From Tortispora ganteri (Eukaryota): 64,000 nucleotides of DNA. The notes under the pieces are model-generated. The model was given only the letters and a program-made list of their open reading frames with translations. It did no database searches and had not been told where the DNA came from. The stretch lies in the NCBI GenBank assembly GCA_003707115.1, contig PPNB01000025.1:1-64000 (forward strand), written 5' to 3'. Position numbers and translations under genes: made by a program. This document shows, one piece after another, positions 1 to 9,976 of the stretch; within the stretch, counting starts at the first letter, position 1, and each line of letters begins with the position of its first letter.

Positions 1-90
1 GCCTCCATCATCTTTAACGCCTAGTTAAAGCTCCTGCATCACTACGTTTAAGCAAGCATTTAAGTGATAGTTCTAGGACATACGGTTCAT
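1..90 (-). CDS. 5' end of an unidentified intron-containing gene running off the window (exon 1 84..90; intron begins at 83)
   Basis: Minus strand reads ATG AAC C|GTATGT...TTTAAC TAG|GC GTT AAA G|AT GAT GGA GGC: canonical donor, branch-like TTTAAC and two in-frame acceptors. Too short to identify. Confidence 0.45.
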
Positions 91-503
91 ATTCTTTTTT
101 GGAAAGTGTCAAGTATCAAGTCTAAGATTGAAAAATTGCCATCTAAAATGAAATTTCTCGCAGTACTGGGCTAATTATTTGGCAGTTGCGATATACATTA
201 TTCCAATCGTTACTCCGCTTTATACGAATTCGCCTACGGGAAGTATCAATTATAACAAAATGTTATGAAAGATTATCAAGCATATCAACAAAGAAATATT
301 GAAGAGGAACTAAACTGAAGTATAATAAGTAAACAAACACGGAACAAACAATTCAATACCTGTCTGTAAAGTTCGCTGGGCCAACTAGTAACACCACAAC
401 ACAGATGAAAAGTAATAAGGATGCAGGAGAAACAATATACTAGAGACACTAACTGAAGAAGAATTGAACGGTAAGAATTATTGGTCAGCAAAGACTTAAT
501 CCA

Positions 504-1850
504 TTACTGAGTTTTACAGTTCTGTGGATCTTCGGGATTGGCAGCATCTGAAGCACTATTTCCATTTTCACCATTATCAGAATCCTCGTCGCCTTCATCA
601 CCGTCCTCTTCATCATCGGAATCGTATTCGTCTTCGTCGAGTACTTCTTCATCCTCATCTTCGTATTCGTTGGCTTTACCGGTGTACCAGTCAACAGCAT
701 GAGGGATTAGCTTTTCCTTAATTTCTTCACCTAGCTCATGGTCGCTTTGCAGCAGTTCGCTTAATTCCTCTTCATCAAACTGTGATTCATCATCCTCATT
801 TTCGAGGTCCTTAGCCGACGGCGGGGAGAAGAATAAAAAGAAGGAAGGAACGGGTACAACCTTTTGAATCATTCGGATAGCGTTGGTTTTCTTATTACGC
901 TGTTTTCGTATTTCAATTTCGGTAGTGAGATTCTTTTCAGGTGATTTCCAGTCAATCTCGCATCCTTCAGCATAATCATAGACAAAGTCGCCGAAATAAA
1001 ACACATCATCGTGGTAATGATATGTTTTTGTCAGTACCTCATTGGAGAAAAAGTCATTCTCGTCAAAGAAAAATTCAAGTTTGAATCCAGGGCGATCTAA
1101 ATAAGAGAGGCGAATATCTGTGAGGAACTTTAATGCTTCTTCGTCACGGTCCGTAATTATTTCAGCTAGTGTAGATAAATTCTTCATAGCAGTGAGCCAA
1201 AATTCAGGTATTCCTTTGGCATCTGTAGGAACACCAATATCGATTTTTTCGCGAACATCTAAGGAATCTAAAGATTCGTCGGTCCGGCCCGCAGATCTGG
1301 TTTCGGCCGAACCGGTATTAGGTGAAGTGTTGTGATCATCATCATCGCTCTCAGTTTCTTCTTCGGCTTCTTGCTCGGCTTCGGCAGCTTCTATCTCTTT
1401 ACCACGTTTAACTTCTTCTGCGGATGGCTCGATATCACCATGAATTATTTTGGCACGCTTCACGTATAAGGGTGTATATTTCTCCAGATACTGCCTCTCG
1501 AGATCCAAAAGAGCCTTCTGGAACTCTGCTTGCAACTTTGCGTGCTCGTTTTGCACAGCTTTCAAAGCAGATACACGATCTCTAACAGGCTGTGGCAGCA
1601 TATCGATGTATCCAGACGGTTTGCCTACAAGATTGTTCAATTTTCCTTGTATCATCGAGACTAGAGCGGGGTTTTTTGCTAAGTTAGCCAACGCTGTACG
1701 CGCATCTGGTTCTTCGGCAATTGTGGCGACTGAAGGGGCTTGACCACCACGAGCACTAGTGCCAAAAGTTGGAACGGATGACGGAGTATTCTGTGGAGTA
1801 GGGGCTCCGGCCAAATCGTTTAGGCGCTTGCTTCGGATTGGTTCAGACAT
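504..1850 (-). CDS. NAP1: Nucleosome assembly protein 1 (histone chaperone)
   Basis: KGIPEFWLTAMKN, F(F)SNEVLTKTY, AEGCEIDWK, SFFLFFSP and LIPHAVDWYTG motifs, acidic tail. First real ATG (MSEPIRSKR) at 1850. Confidence 0.95.
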   Translation of the reverse strand: MSEPIRSKRLNDLAGAPTPQNTPSSVPTFGTSARGGQAPSVATIAEEPDARTALANLAKNPALVSMIQGKLNNLVGKPSGYIDMLPQPVRDRVSALKAVQNEHAKLQAEFQKALLDLERQYLEKYTPLYVKRAKIIHGDIEPSAEEVKRGKEIEAAEAEQEAEEETESDDDDHNTSPNTGSAETRSAGRTDESLDSLDVREKIDIGVPTDAKGIPEFWLTAMKNLSTLAEIITDRDEEALKFLTDIRLSYLDRPGFKLEFFFDENDFFSNEVLTKTYHYHDDVFYFGDFVYDYAEGCEIDWKSPEKNLTTEIEIRKQRNKKTNAIRMIQKVVPVPSFFLFFSPPSAKDLENEDDESQFDEEELSELLQSDHELGEEIKEKLIPHAVDWYTGKANEYEDEDEEVLDEDEYDSDDEEDGDEGDEDSDNGENGNSASDAANPEDPQNCKTQ

Positions 1851-3169
1851 TGAACAGAAAATGCAGAAAAATGAAGCTTTAGGTAGAAGCTCAAAAAGAT
1901 AGGCAGAAGAAAAAAAACTGGGAATGAAATGTACGTCTCCTAGATTAGCAAGTTCAGGAACCAAAGGGAACGGGTACGTGTTAGCGAAAATAAGGGATCG
2001 CAGGGGAGAGAGTGGGGAGAAAGGGGGTTGTTTGTGGTGTCAGGCTGTGTGCGTGTACTTTGTGCCAAAGATTGCGATGGCCAAGTGAGTCGGCAACGGG
2101 AAAGCGAAAAGCTATACAAAGAGGAGGATCGAGGACCTTTCAGTATTACCTATTCTAAAGGGAATAGATTTGAAAAATTTCTATGCAGTTCGATAGATTA
2201 GACTCGTTGAGCAAAGTATCGAACAGCGTTTCGATCGAGTATACAGCTAGGTGGTTAGTGAGAGGGGTACGGAATGGATGAAAATTGCCTCTGAAATGTA
2301 CCTTTGCCTGTGCCCTGAGGGCAGCATGCTGGGGGGCAAGCGTCGGTTGCCACGGGCACAACGGTCGGAATAAGATCGAAAGAAAAGGCAAGAATGGCTG
2401 CTTTTTACCAGTAATCTAAATGCCAGTAAGATACGCTACTATTCGTCAAAGGGGTCAACTAACGTTATGTAGTTACTATGGCAACACTTGACACAACACC
2501 CGGTGTCTAAATTATACTGCAATTATGTACGGGGCGCCGCATAGATCACGAATTCTAGTTTTTCTTTGTCTGTGAATAAATATTTATATGCTTCATGCAT
2601 AGAAAATTTAGCAAAAACTGCTGAAAAAAGTGTGATCCTTGCGTTGAGGGGGGCAGAAATGACTAGGTGTTAACGAAGGAGAGAATAAAGGAGAAAACTC
2701 TAAATTTCTTTCCCAACTTGACTTATTACCTAGGAATTTGCAACTATTCTCTCACGAACTTAGCAATTGCGCGTTTGAACTTACGAAGAATCGCTCTGCT
2801 GGTTCCTAAATAACATTTGCTTATCTGCGCTTTTATCGTTTCTATTTTTTTTTGCAATATATACCTAATATTTACAGTTTGTTCGCCGTTATACTGATTT
2901 ACAGACGCGTGTATTTTTTTTTCATTGCATTATTTTGTTTGACTGCAAGAAGTGTAACTTCATTTGAAGCAAAGGCGAGTTGTGTTTCCCCCTAACTTCC
3001 TTACTCAGAATTACGCGCAGAAAAAAAAGATTCGTGTCTCTAAGCGACTGGAATAGATTTATTCAATACTCTTCTATTTATTCTCCCGTATCCTGGCAAA
3101 TTAGCGTTAAACTGACGTTGCTCTGTTTCTATTGATATCGCAATAACACTTGCTGCAACCATTGACCAA

Positions 3170-6100
3170 ATGTCAACATACGAAATCGGGACCCGCTGTT
3201 GGCATACAGATCCTAAACTGGGATGGATAGGCGCTGAGGTAATAAACAAGTCCATAGGCGACGGAAAAGTCAACATAGACCTACTCCTTGAAAATGGCGA
3301 TACCGTCACTGTTACTGCCGACGAATCTGTTCTTGAAACTGCTGGCCAACCCGCCGAAGTATCCGTCTCGACACCAGCGCTTCCTCCGTTGCGTAACCCA
3401 TCTATCCTTGAAAACCCTGAAGATCTCACTTCTTTATCTCATCTCAATGAACCGAGCGTTTTAAACGCCCTGAAAATGCGATACAGTCAACTCGGAATTT
3501 ATACATACTCAGGCATTGTCCTTATAGCGACTAATCCATTTCAGAGTGTTGATAATTTGTACTCACCAGAAGTGATACAGGCATATGCTGGCCGTAGGCT
3601 TGGCGAGCTCGAACCTCACTTGTTCGCTATAGCCGAAAATGCCTACAGGTGCATGATTCGTGACCACAAGAATCAAACTATTGTTGTTTCAGGCGAATCT
3701 GGCGCTGGAAAAACAGTCTCCGCAAAATATATTATGCGCTACTTTGCTAGTGTACAGGCTCCTGGCGTTGGTGCTAATAACTCCCCGGTTACTGGTCCTA
3801 CTACTCACGTTCTATCGCGAATAGAAAAAGAAATCCTAGCTACAAACCCTATTCTCGAGTCTTTCGGTAATGCGAAAACGACCCGAAATGATAATTCTTC
3901 GCGTTTTGGAAAGTATCTGGAAATAATGTTCGACAACTCAGCGAGAATTGTCGGCGCCAGAATTCGTACTTACCTCTTAGAGCGATCAAGACTAGTTTTT
4001 CAACCACCGACTGAGCGAAATTACCACATTTTTTACCAAATGATGGCGGGATTAGATGATACTACTAAATCAGAGCTGTCCCTTACAACTGTTGATCAGT
4101 ATCATTATCTTAATCAAGGCGGCGATCCTGCGATTGCAAACGTTGATGACGCAGCAGATTTCCAGCTCACAAAGAACTCGCTGGCAACTGTTGGAATTGA
4201 GGGCGAAATATTTCACGAAATTTTAAAGCTGCTGGCTGGTATACTGCATCTTGGCAACATCCAAATATCCGCAGTTCGAAGCAAGGCACATCTTCCTTCT
4301 GATGAGCCTAATCTTGTCAAAGCATGTGAGTTATTGGGCCTTGATCCTATGCAATTTGCAAAATGGTGCACAAAGAAACAAATTACTACGCGTGGTGAAA
4401 AGATTCAATCTGACCTATCTCAAACTCAAGCGATTGTGGCTAGAGATTCTGTCGCTAAGTATATTTACTCCACCCTTTTTGACTGGCTAGTAATGAAAAT
4501 GAACAAATCTTTGGTATCCGAGGAAGCTAAGGCAAAAGCTGAAAACTTTATAGGTGTTCTTGATATTTATGGGTTTGAGCACTTTAAGAGAAATTCTTTC
4601 GAACAGTTCTGCATTAATTACGCAAATGAGAAACTTCAACAGGAGTTTAATCAGCATGTTTTCAAGCTTGAACAAGAAGAGTATGTTCAAGAAGGGCTTG
4701 AATGGAAATTTATCGACTTTTATGACAATCAACCTTGTATAGATCTAATTGAAGCGAAGATTGGTGTTCTATCTCTTTTGGACGAAGAATCACGTCTACC
4801 ATCTGGATCTGATGAATCTTGGATCAACAAACTTTACTCGAATTTTGCCACAGACAAGTATGAGAAATTCTTCTCTAAACCACGTTTTGGAAAGAGCGCA
4901 TTCACTATTCGCCATTATGCTATGAACGTGACTTATGAATCCGAAGGTTTTATTGAAAAGAATCGTGATACAGTGTCTGAAGGACACCTTGAACATTTGG
5001 TTACTTGCTCGAATGAGTTTTTGAATAATGTCTTCAGAGAAGTGATGAACGCTATGCCCTCACAACCCGAACCAACGAAAGCTCCTGGAAAAGCAATCGC
5101 TCGTAAACCAACGCTCGGGGGAGTTTTCAAGCGCTCTTTGATTGATCTTATGAATACGATAAATGAAACCAATGCGCATTATATTCGGTGTATCAAACCA
5201 AATGAACAGAAGGTAGCCTGGGAATTTGATGGGCCAATGGTACTTTCTCAGCTGCGAGCTTGTGGTGTCCTTGAAACAATAAGAATTTCTTGCGCTGGAT
5301 TTCCTACGAGATGGTCTTTTGAAGAATTTATATCACGTTATCATATGCTTGTTCACTCTTCTAACTGGACTAAACCAATAAAAGACCTTGTGCAGGAAAT
5401 CTTGGCGTCGTCGATTGAGGATACCAATAAATACGAAATTGGACACACTAAAATCTTCTTCAGACCGGGTATGCTAGCTTACCTTGAAGATCTTCGAACT
5501 AGAGCACTCGACCGCAGTGCTATAATGATTCAGAAGCATGCCAGGGCGCTTCATCATCGTAAAGAGTATCAGAAAATGCGTTGCAGTCTTATTTTGTTGC
5601 AATCTCAATCTCGTGCTTATTTGGCTCGTAAGATGGCCCGGGAAATGCGTGATAATCGGGCGGCCACTATCATTCAGAAGAATTGGCGCGGTCACCGGGA
5701 TGCTACGGCATTCGTTGCCGTGAAAGCTTCCAACATTTCTTTGCAGGCAAGAGCTCGCGGTGGCCTTGTTAGAAAGAAACTACTGAACTCAAGGTACCAT
5801 ACTGCTGCATGTGTTGTGCAGCGTAAATGGCGCAGCAACTGCAATAGAAAAGAATTTTCTGATACACGCAAAGGCATTATCAGGATTCAATCTGTATATC
5901 GTGCCCGTCTAGCTAAGAAGGAATTAGGTAAGCTAAAACAGGAAGCGCGTTCTGTGAATCACTTTAAGGAAATCTCTTTCAGATCTGAGGCTAAGATTGT
6001 TGAGCTTACGCAGATAGTCCGCAGTAAAGATGAAGAATTAAAAAAACTAAAGCAAAAAATTGGGACCATCACTGCTTCTTATTCTCATATGGAAGAGCAA

Positions 6101-7873
6101 CTTAAAACTCTCAAGGATGAATACAAAGAGCTCGAACTTCAATTATCTGAAAAAGAGAATATGCATGAAATTGAACTCAAAGAGATGCATGCGAAAATCA
6201 GCGAGTTAGAAAAGAGTAACAAATCTTATGTTCTCAGCAAGGAATCCAGTGCTGCTACTATCTCCAAATTACAGGAGCGGTTACAAGAGGAGCAAAATAT
6301 GAGAGCATCAGAGAGACAGAATCTGGAAGAGTCTTTCAAGAAGAGAGAAGAATGTTTGCAGGAAGAGATAACATCTTTGAAATCGAAGCCACATACCATC
6401 ATGACTCCCTCTTTGGCTGGCACGCGCTCTACTTCTGCATCACATCCCCTACTAGACGAAACTGGTGCGTTTATCGGGTTGGGTCTGGTAAACTTGTCTG
6501 CCCGAAAACCTAAATTGTCCAGCGATGTCGATATTTCTGCTAGTATGAGCAATGGAACTGCTGCGATGGCTGGTGCTGCGACCGTCGGAATAACGGCTAA
6601 TGGGCACACGAGGTCTGTTAGTAATGTGTCTGATTCTTCTTCTGTCGACGATCGATTGGTGTCTGTTTTGTCAGATGTTCGTGGATTATCAGATGAGGTC
6701 ATGTATGAGATTATCGACAAAGCGCCAGATACCAAAGTGTTATCGATGGAGAAATCCACTTCATTGCGCGAAATATTATATCCGGCTCATATGATCAATC
6801 TTGTGTTGACTGAAATGTGGCGCTATAGTATGGTTACCAACTCTGAACACTTCATACCTGATATTATGGAGAAAATACAGGCTAGAGTTGCGAATCACAA
6901 AGGAGAAGAGATGCTGAGCGTTGCTGCTTTTTGGCTCTCTAATGTTCATGAGATTTTGTCTTTTGTTACGTTAGCAGAGCTAACACTATTGAACAACGAC
7001 TATCGTAACTCTCCACAAGGTCTTTCTGAGATTGAGTTTGAAGAGTACGTTCGATTGATATCTTGCGTTATGAGTGATTTGAAAACATTGGAATTCAACA
7101 TTTACCACATATTAATGCAGGAAGTTAAGAGTGTTGTGGCGAATCTGGCAATACCTGCTATAGTTGAAACACAACAGTTACCAGGGTTTATCACAGAATC
7201 TAAATCGTCGTTGTTGAAGTTCCTGCCAAATCGAGGGGGAAATAGCAACTCTAATGAAGGACATCATGTCATGGACGACTTAATTGTTTATCTGAATAAG
7301 TTTCAACGTGTGATGCAAATTTGTCAAGTGGACCCTACTATTACAGAATTTGCAGTTGATCAGATTCTTATTCTGATAAACGTGAAATGTTTTAACGATT
7401 TGCTCATGCGTCGCCAATTTTTGAATTGGAAGCGAGGAGTTCAAATCAATTATAACCTGACCAGACTACAAGAATGGTGTTCGTCTAATGATGTACCAGA
7501 ATGTTTTATGCATCTTGAGCATTTAGTGGAGACCACTAAGCTACTTCAGCTAAAGAAGACTGATATAACTGAGGTTAATGTACTGGTTGAGATATGCTGG
7601 GCATTAACTCCAGCACAGATACACCGTCTACTGAAGCAATACGTTAGTGAAGGTTATGAAAAAGCCCCAGATGATTCTGTGCTTAACGCCATAGCATCGA
7701 AAGTTGGAGGCAATGATAGGCTACTACTAGAAGATGTGTCTCTTCAAGATTCAGGAACCTTTGAAGTTCCTCAACCCAGACCAGTTAAAACGCTTGAATC
7801 TTATCTCCCGAAAGAGGTTGATGCTCCGCGAGTCCGTCAAATAGTTGAACTTCATGCTGGTGCGCGACATTAG
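3170..7873 (+). CDS. MYO2: Class V myosin heavy chain
   Basis: P-loop GESGAGKT, NDNSSRFGKY, DIYGFE, QLRACGVLETIRIS; six IQ motifs, coiled coil and C-terminal DIL/cargo domain (FNDLLMRR..WKRGVQINYN). Confidence 0.97.
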   Translation: MSTYEIGTRCWHTDPKLGWIGAEVINKSIGDGKVNIDLLLENGDTVTVTADESVLETAGQPAEVSVSTPALPPLRNPSILENPEDLTSLSHLNEPSVLNALKMRYSQLGIYTYSGIVLIATNPFQSVDNLYSPEVIQAYAGRRLGELEPHLFAIAENAYRCMIRDHKNQTIVVSGESGAGKTVSAKYIMRYFASVQAPGVGANNSPVTGPTTHVLSRIEKEILATNPILESFGNAKTTRNDNSSRFGKYLEIMFDNSARIVGARIRTYLLERSRLVFQPPTERNYHIFYQMMAGLDDTTKSELSLTTVDQYHYLNQGGDPAIANVDDAADFQLTKNSLATVGIEGEIFHEILKLLAGILHLGNIQISAVRSKAHLPSDEPNLVKACELLGLDPMQFAKWCTKKQITTRGEKIQSDLSQTQAIVARDSVAKYIYSTLFDWLVMKMNKSLVSEEAKAKAENFIGVLDIYGFEHFKRNSFEQFCINYANEKLQQEFNQHVFKLEQEEYVQEGLEWKFIDFYDNQPCIDLIEAKIGVLSLLDEESRLPSGSDESWINKLYSNFATDKYEKFFSKPRFGKSAFTIRHYAMNVTYESEGFIEKNRDTVSEGHLEHLVTCSNEFLNNVFREVMNAMPSQPEPTKAPGKAIARKPTLGGVFKRSLIDLMNTINETNAHYIRCIKPNEQKVAWEFDGPMVLSQLRACGVLETIRISCAGFPTRWSFEEFISRYHMLVHSSNWTKPIKDLVQEILASSIEDTNKYEIGHTKIFFRPGMLAYLEDLRTRALDRSAIMIQKHARALHHRKEYQKMRCSLILLQSQSRAYLARKMAREMRDNRAATIIQKNWRGHRDATAFVAVKASNISLQARARGGLVRKKLLNSRYHTAACVVQRKWRSNCNRKEFSDTRKGIIRIQSVYRARLAKKELGKLKQEARSVNHFKEISFRSEAKIVELTQIVRSKDEELKKLKQKIGTITASYSHMEEQLKTLKDEYKELELQLSEKENMHEIELKEMHAKISELEKSNKSYVLSKESSAATISKLQERLQEEQNMRASERQNLEESFKKREECLQEEITSLKSKPHTIMTPSLAGTRSTSASHPLLDETGAFIGLGLVNLSARKPKLSSDVDISASMSNGTAAMAGAATVGITANGHTRSVSNVSDSSSVDDRLVSVLSDVRGLSDEVMYEIIDKAPDTKVLSMEKSTSLREILYPAHMINLVLTEMWRYSMVTNSEHFIPDIMEKIQARVANHKGEEMLSVAAFWLSNVHEILSFVTLAELTLLNNDYRNSPQGLSEIEFEEYVRLISCVMSDLKTLEFNIYHILMQEVKSVVANLAIPAIVETQQLPGFITESKSSLLKFLPNRGGNSNSNEGHHVMDDLIVYLNKFQRVMQICQVDPTITEFAVDQILILINVKCFNDLLMRRQFLNWKRGVQINYNLTRLQEWCSSNDVPECFMHLEHLVETTKLLQLKKTDITEVNVLVEICWALTPAQIHRLLKQYVSEGYEKAPDDSVLNAIASKVGGNDRLLLEDVSLQDSGTFEVPQPRPVKTLESYLPKEVDAPRVRQIVELHAGARH

Positions 7874-7978
7874 CGCGGGTATGACTGTTCTGTGACTAAC
7901 TCTACGCAAATAACGACAGTGAAGCATTGACTCCTTTTTTCCTATTGTTGTAGTTATGTTTTTAAGAGAGAATATTTG

Positions 7979-8944
7979 CTATGATAAACAGTATATTGGA
8001 GAGCTCATCGTATCGCCGTCGAATATCAGCAAATTTTGTATTGGTTGCTCTTTTGCTACAATCAGGTTGAGGACGTCTTGAGCGAGGACTCCTCCAATGA
8101 TGGCGACAACGGGGGATAATTGAGAAGTTTCAGAAGACGTCAACAAAGAGTAGGTTTCTTCTTTAAAAAGGCCAGCAGGGATACCGAGTTGTCTCATGAC
8201 AGCCTGGGGGTCGTCCAAATTAAACCATTGAGATAGTAGGTAAGGAACAAGTAGCGGGATTTTCAGTTTAGCCCTTGTTTTAATAGCAGAGAAGCAGTCC
8301 GCGTAATGAGACAGCTTTAATGTAGATAAAGGGACATAGATCTCTCTTTTTTTGACGATATCGTTGTCTCCATGAGGGGTTACACTTAAAACGGTGCGAG
8401 TTTTAGTTTCAGGCCCGATCTTTGGAGTGCCCGGCGAAGATTTTCTTGTGATTACAAATTCGTGTGAGATCAAGTCTGCAAATATAAATCCAAATAGCCC
8501 AAAGCTGCCACCATAATAGAATGGTACATGCGCCTCTCGGCATAAATTATTGATGTTTACTGCTTCAGCGTAAGAAGCAGAGCACAGAACGACAATAGAG
8601 AAGTCTGAATAGATGGCGGTTTGAGTAGCCTGTATCCGCACTCTAGGATTAAGGTCCGATATCCGATCGAGAATTGCTTTAGAAGTCCTTTTAATTCCTA
8701 CATCTTTGCTCGAAAAGAAAAAGCAACTCTCTAAATCTTCGATTTGCACTTCTGCATCGTCTTTTATGTGCAGCGAGCCGATCCCAGCTAGAGTCAAGTT
8801 TTTAGCAACTTCAGTTCCAAGACCATTTAATCCAATCAACAACACTGAGGAATTCCTCATTCTATTTTGACCATCTAATCCCCATAATCGAATTTGTCGA
8901 TCATAAAGGGCTACCTCATCCGCAGAAATTGACTGTTCTGTCAT
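7979..8944 (-). CDS. AOS1: SUMO-activating enzyme E1 subunit (Aos1/Rad31/SAE1)
   Basis: ALYDRQIRLWG, GLNGLGTEVAKNLTLAGIG, LNPRV and C-terminal SPVVAIIGGVLAQDVLN; about 320 aa ThiF-type half-E1. Confidence 0.9.
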   Translation of the reverse strand: MTEQSISADEVALYDRQIRLWGLDGQNRMRNSSVLLIGLNGLGTEVAKNLTLAGIGSLHIKDDAEVQIEDLESCFFFSSKDVGIKRTSKAILDRISDLNPRVRIQATQTAIYSDFSIVVLCSASYAEAVNINNLCREAHVPFYYGGSFGLFGFIFADLISHEFVITRKSSPGTPKIGPETKTRTVLSVTPHGDNDIVKKREIYVPLSTLKLSHYADCFSAIKTRAKLKIPLLVPYLLSQWFNLDDPQAVMRQLGIPAGLFKEETYSLLTSSETSQLSPVVAIIGGVLAQDVLNLIVAKEQPIQNLLIFDGDTMSSPIYCLS

Positions 8945-9976
8945 TATTCTCGCGTTCTCAAGTCGCGCGCCGTCGATGTCAAAGCTGGGATGTATGTAGT
9001 TCTTACAATATCGCGAACATTACTAGCGTATGCAAACAATCTCACCACCATGGTTTCTTAGAGGAAAACACTATGAAGATGTCAATCAATATTGCCACAC
9101 TATTTACTGGCAAATTTATCTTGCTGAATCGGCTCAGTTCAGCCTCGTTTATGTAGAGCTATTCCACCATCCTTCCTTTTAGAATTACCATCTATCACGT
9201 GACATAAGTTTTGATATATTAGTCTAATGAAAAGGCTATAGTTATCTAGTGAGCTTACAACACCATTTTGTAAGCTTTTCAAAACACGTCTACATATCTA
9301 CCTGGCCCGGATCAAGCAAAAGGAGCTTGCAGATTCTGCACTGCCATACTTCTAAGTTATAAACGTATCTCTTCTGTTTATATATAGCGCAATCAAGCGG
9401 CTTAGCCTCACAGCTTCTCCATCTCTCAAACGCAAATACTAAACGCTATTGTGAATCACGCACAAGCATTGCGCCATTTCCGTTTGCTATAACCTTTGAT
9501 CCAAATATATTATATTACATCTGACAATATCCTTCAACCTGGTGATATTGTCTGTATTATTGCACATCATATAAGAATAGACACTCGGATTTCACATTCT
9601 GGGTGCCGCACCCTTGCATATTTTTGAATATATCTCAGAAGAGGAAACTTACCTGCAAACATCTCACCACGAAACTCGTTTCCGACAACACTCATTACTA
9701 TCTCTCACTGCTTTTTTGCATATTAAAAAGGCACAGAAAGATCCTGTACAAACTTCGGACAGCTTAAGTTCATCCGATTCACTCCGTCTTATCGGTGCAC
9801 GATAAGGTTCTTGCTCAGAGTTCATCTTACAGGGATACCGAAACTCAAAACACGTCAGAAAGCAAAGTATTACTCTCTTAGGTAATTCCCAAAGAGCGTT
9901 TATATCATACATTCATTCAAATCTTGACCTATTGCGCAGTTTCGGAATCTATTGAGGTAATTGACACCTTGCTGGC

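Noticed and set aside
285..491. 68-aa hydrophobic ORF downstream of NAP1
   Set aside because: TTG start, lies in the probable NAP1 3' UTR, no recognisable motif.
2398..2411. CTGCTTTTTACCAG resembles U5 snRNA loop 1
   Set aside because: It mismatches the invariant GCCUUUUAC, has a weak flanking stem and has no Sm site.
3911..3925. Possible alternative CUG decoding
   Set aside because: CTG occupies the conserved Leu of the myosin GKYLEI motif, consistent with the standard code.
9194..9203. ATCACGTGAC, CDEI-like (point centromere?)
   Set aside because: No very AT-rich CDEII or CDEIII follows; more likely a bHLH promoter site.
9294..9655. U1-like fragments (ACCTGGC..GATCA..TGCACT at about 9300; AAACTTACCTG at 9645)
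   Set aside because: The pieces lack U1 spacing and stems, and no Sm site follows.
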